From Escherichia coli (GTDB taxonomy: Bacteria; Pseudomonadota; Gammaproteobacteria; Enterobacterales; Enterobacteriaceae), in NCBI RefSeq assembly GCF_001677475.2, contig NZ_CP015229.1: a stretch of 64,000 bases of DNA. One strand, 5' to 3'. Shown piece by piece: positions 62,801 to 64,000 of this stretch. Each line of letters starts with the position of its first letter. The stretch's first letter is position 1. The translations under genes and the position numbers were made by a program. Under the pieces are notes generated by a model. It saw only the letters and a list, made by a program, of their open reading frames with translations, had not been told where the DNA came from and did no database searches.

Positions 62801-64000
62801 TTGCTTAAAGCCGGAATAGGTGTCGATGTTGCCCGTGGCCAGGTTCACCGACGCATGCGACGTCTCTTCCACCGCACTAAGATACGCTTTTTGCAACGTT
62901 GGCCAGCCATATTCGGTGCCGATGACATTGGCTGGATGTGCGGCAAACAAACTGTGCAATGAGCTTTGGCTCGGAATATGACCTAAACCACACTCAGCCT
63001 GCATACTGCTATTCTGATCAAACAGCGCCCAGTCTTCGTTATTTTCCCGCACTGCTCCCAGTTCGTTGTCGGTTTCATCCGCCAACCGTGGGCGTTTAAA
63101 GATATTGTTCGCTTCAATAATGCCTAACATATGTCCCCACATCCGCGCTTTGTCGGAATCAGGGCTGGTGATCACCGTAAAAATAACGTCTTTCTCATCC
63201 GAAGCGGTAAAATCACTGCGCATTTTCGCGGTGATGTGAGTTTTCACCCCCACTCCGCCTGGCTGGGTCAGCGTCAGAGAGGCCTCTCCGTTAGCATCAG
63301 TGATCCCTTCATAGATATGGGCGTCAACTTTGCGAACGTTACTGCCGCCATCAATTTGTACCGGGTGCGTCTCCCACGCGGCGTCAGTTTGATTCTTACG
63401 GTTAACGCCGTCATCCAGATGCAGCGAAAAGTAGTAGTAAGCCAGCGGCTGATCGTTGTTCTTGCTATCGGTAATCGTCAGGCGTAAAGAAGCCTCTTCC
63501 CCCACCTTTACTTTCATCGCTTTTATCGTCGAATCATAACTGCCCGGCGTCAGTACCAGCTTCGGTTCAACATCGGGCGCTTCTTTATCGACACAGCTCA
63601 CAATAAACGTCGTATCGTCCGGTTTTTGCGCTTCGCTGCGGTTCGAAACATCCGCCGCATGGTGCTGGCCGCTCATCCCCGCCAGTGATGACCAGTAGTA
63701 GTTCCCCTGCATCGGCCAACCAGCCACATCCTGCACTGACGTTGGCACCACCGTCGCCAGCGCACCGAACTGACGCATTCCGGGCAAAATGTCGCAATGT
63801 TTATCCGCGCCGCTCCAGGTAAAGGTGGACCAGGTTTCATTGTGATCGTTAACCGTACCGTCTTCATTATCGACTTCCGCCGCCAGTTTTGGTCGACTAA
63901 AAGTGTAATCACGGGCCTTCAGCGTATCGGGCATATGACCCCACATTGTAGCCTGCGGGACATCCGGGCTGGTGAGGACGGTAAAGATCACTGCCGTTTC
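56879..64000 (-). CDS. giant tandem-repeat surface protein, RatA/RatB-like (bacterial Ig-like Big_1 domains alternating with a conserved Cys-containing module); C-terminal >2370 aa only, 5' end beyond window
   Basis: Single minus-strand ORF with no stop from the window edge to TAA at 56879; nine ~805-855 bp repeats each encoding FTV(I/V)TSPD..WGHM..NE.W..C..LY..GWP then KKGE..VTV.D..GN..F.LKR..G.DGT..F; codon usage like host; not present at this site in K-12. Confidence 0.85.
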   Translation of the reverse strand, partial: ETAVIFTVLTSPDVPQATMWGHMPDTLKARDYTFSRPKLAAEVDNEDGTVNDHNETWSTFTWSGADKHCDILPGMRQFGALATVVPTSVQDVAGWPMQGNYYWSSLAGMSGQHHAADVSNRSEAQKPDDTTFIVSCVDKEAPDVEPKLVLTPGSYDSTIKAMKVKVGEEASLRLTITDSKNNDQPLAYYYFSLHLDDGVNRKNQTDAAWETHPVQIDGGSNVRKVDAHIYEGITDANGEASLTLTQPGGVGVKTHITAKMRSDFTASDEKDVIFTVITSPDSDKARMWGHMLGIIEANNIFKRPRLADETDNELGAVRENNEDWALFDQNSSMQAECGLGHIPSQSSLHSLFAAHPANVIGTEYGWPTLQKAYLSAVEETSHASVNLATGNIDTYSGFKQNYLSCSGNEMVAQIAATTDHDVSTSSRAQAKVGETITMTVRTFNALNNAPVPYTAFTITKDMGKNRQGQTTGFDDPTRGAIEMNGTLYGTSQPSLVYAGTTDAQGFATVEIKQPQGVGLATPLNIAPVNSYIPNTVNYNVIFTTLTSPDAVGAQMWGHMDETITVDALTFARSRLAAEVSSPDGTLTENNEVWSRVSQANTSSTSKGGCGANMLPRRSQLNALYDAYSGNAVQTVHGWPTQRQPYWSSSPADQVPHYYTIALNDGARTVGGSTAVYVSCLTTANNPANSITLEVVDPAQWNAAANAAKLKKGETLQVKVTVKDAQGNPLGDMPFTLKRGDGYTRSNEKHIAGSGDALVAPVVINSGLADETSLNDTAAAYSAMAGSDGTKILTITRPDTHGTKTSLTAALYSDTTKKATLDTIFTVVTSPDSNKAKMWGHMPETVTAADGTVFKRPLLLKELSSTSGRTAIAEENEDWAQFTQTQATSTSSNGCGSEYVPSQVGLESLYEANRGNAMKTVQGWPVASSYLTSTTGSSSLEQRDFKAVNLSSGTSSIIPSATKELLTCQTTPIVKASQIVLEAADPTKFDSTNNVVKAKKGEEVVVRVTTKDAQGNPVGNTAFTLKRNLSVNRANASTTVTAGALIVTDAWGNTQSNFSSTTALIYGVTGADGTTTLALKQDNTTGLKTELTAMLDTDNNVKSMLPVVFTVITSPDTPKAKFWGHMAETMTGAGGLIYKRPLLQDELTVTASRNYFQEDGEEWSLFSPDQSNNTSVNGCGAGYVPADNELESLYADEGYTPIHDVTGWPVSRAYISSTAVAYYTQAFNFKAVSLKTGYESEIMPSSIGLLSCRATPVAMTSQIIVEANDSTQFVKVDETLSALKRKKGDDAVIRVVTKDAQGNVVPNVPFILKREGSTNRQNTLMLNRTITVINAAGTSARMDSSSILLYAVTGADGTATFTVKQDDSIGLVTNVYAQAYQSSLESNKLPVMFTVITSPDTPLASYWGHMAETFTTRSGIAFRRPLLKSETSSESGVIEDNETWGLLKSATKGDADKSGCDVHYQPLLSELQALYDEHPSRAIKTDLGIPVNSYWWAYDVVAYAGKWYDQYISLLNGSSGRASSTTSALMLCLVNPHPEAASIEMTSTAEDATKTASNDGRPSATAKKGEVIPMTVTVRDSAGNPLPGASFNLKRGTALNRAKAAYNASADDLTIVPLEPTGVTSILYEDGTQALLKTGSDGKATFEVSQNGSYGFATPLTATLMRDTSKSATLDVIFTVITSPDSPKAKYWGHMPETFTSSAGVTFKRPLLAAEATSGSSVNGNNETWSYISNTQKATADCPLEYQPRLSELQGLYNDHPNGAITTDLGVPTTAGNWWTYELTLSGTSWYYQVINLKTGQPSSSLYPSALMLCLTQPHALSSSVTLTSAAFDETKTASNGGTPSASAKKGETIPLVVTVKDQNGNLVSGESVTLQRAQSKNRTGNKPSSTSADDLIVNVVTPTAASISFAQDTAKWLGFTGSDGTVTFNVTQNNTTGLATPFTVSLAQDPQITSNLDLIFTVVTSPDTPDANYWGHMPETVTAANGTVFERPKLWKELPSTSGVNKISNNNEDWPYFSATTKANASLSPCEEARQPLLSDMKSLYQRYPNNTFTTETGWSVYYGWWAQDKTTDGKNQSLDMKNGLTTLNVNTAYQACLVSARATVSSVTLTSTAFDADSQAAKVKKGEAMPVTVTVKDSAGNTVPNVEFTLKRGEASPRNAGATLYGDVVAMDDLIVQPLSGSAITLSESGNTISGMTGADGTASFTLRQDNTPGYKTPLTVTLANYASATDTLDAIFTVPTSPNVSSAHFWGHMADTVVVNGKSLHRPLLTTELPSGANPVSSPFINYENWASAHIIDASKWDIARQCGSIENAPTYNELELLHTVFNSLGWPSSPSFPYLSSQQCGMDEGTGAQDCSITLMNKPGLVTCFQ

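Noticed and set aside
56879-64000. Interpreting the giant ORF as a classical autotransporter (AIDA/ShdA-type) or RTX toxin
   Set aside because: No C-terminal beta-barrel translocator region and no Gly/Asp-rich RTX nonapeptides are evident; the C-terminus is a Cys-containing globular-like cap and the repeats are Ig-like, favouring an invasin/RatA-type architecture, though the N-terminus is unseen.

Overview
This window is collinear with the Escherichia coli K-12 chromosome from the 3' end of talA through tktB, ypfG, nudK, aegA, narQ, acrD, ypfM, yffB, dapE, ypfN, ypfH, tmcA, ypfJ, purC, bamC, dapA, gcvR, bcp, the complete 12-gene hyfABCDEFGHIJR-focB hydrogenase-4 locus, perM, bepA, yfgD, hda, uraA, upp, purMN, ppk-ppx, pdeF (yfgF), yfgGHI, guaBA and xseA. 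Gene identities are recognised from the translated ORFs; where the ORF track begins at an upstream in-frame start, I trimmed to the start that gives the K-12 protein length as I recall it. The only clearly non-K-12 content is at the right edge (56879 to the window end): the 3' ~7.1 kb of a giant minus-strand gene encoding at least nine tandem ~270-285-aa units, each pairing a bacterial Ig-like domain with a conserved Cys-containing module. This is the best candidate for a poorly described system, most likely a RatA/RatB-type giant surface protein at the xseA-side insertion site; its N-terminus and any partner genes lie outside the window. Regulatory signals readable from sequence include a sigma-54 promoter before hyfA, PurR boxes before purM and purC, a BaeR box before acrD, a perfect FNR box before pdeF, several REP/BIME elements and intrinsic terminators. 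No CRISPR array, IS element, integrase or prophage gene was seen. All homology statements are from memory and sequence reading; no database search was run.
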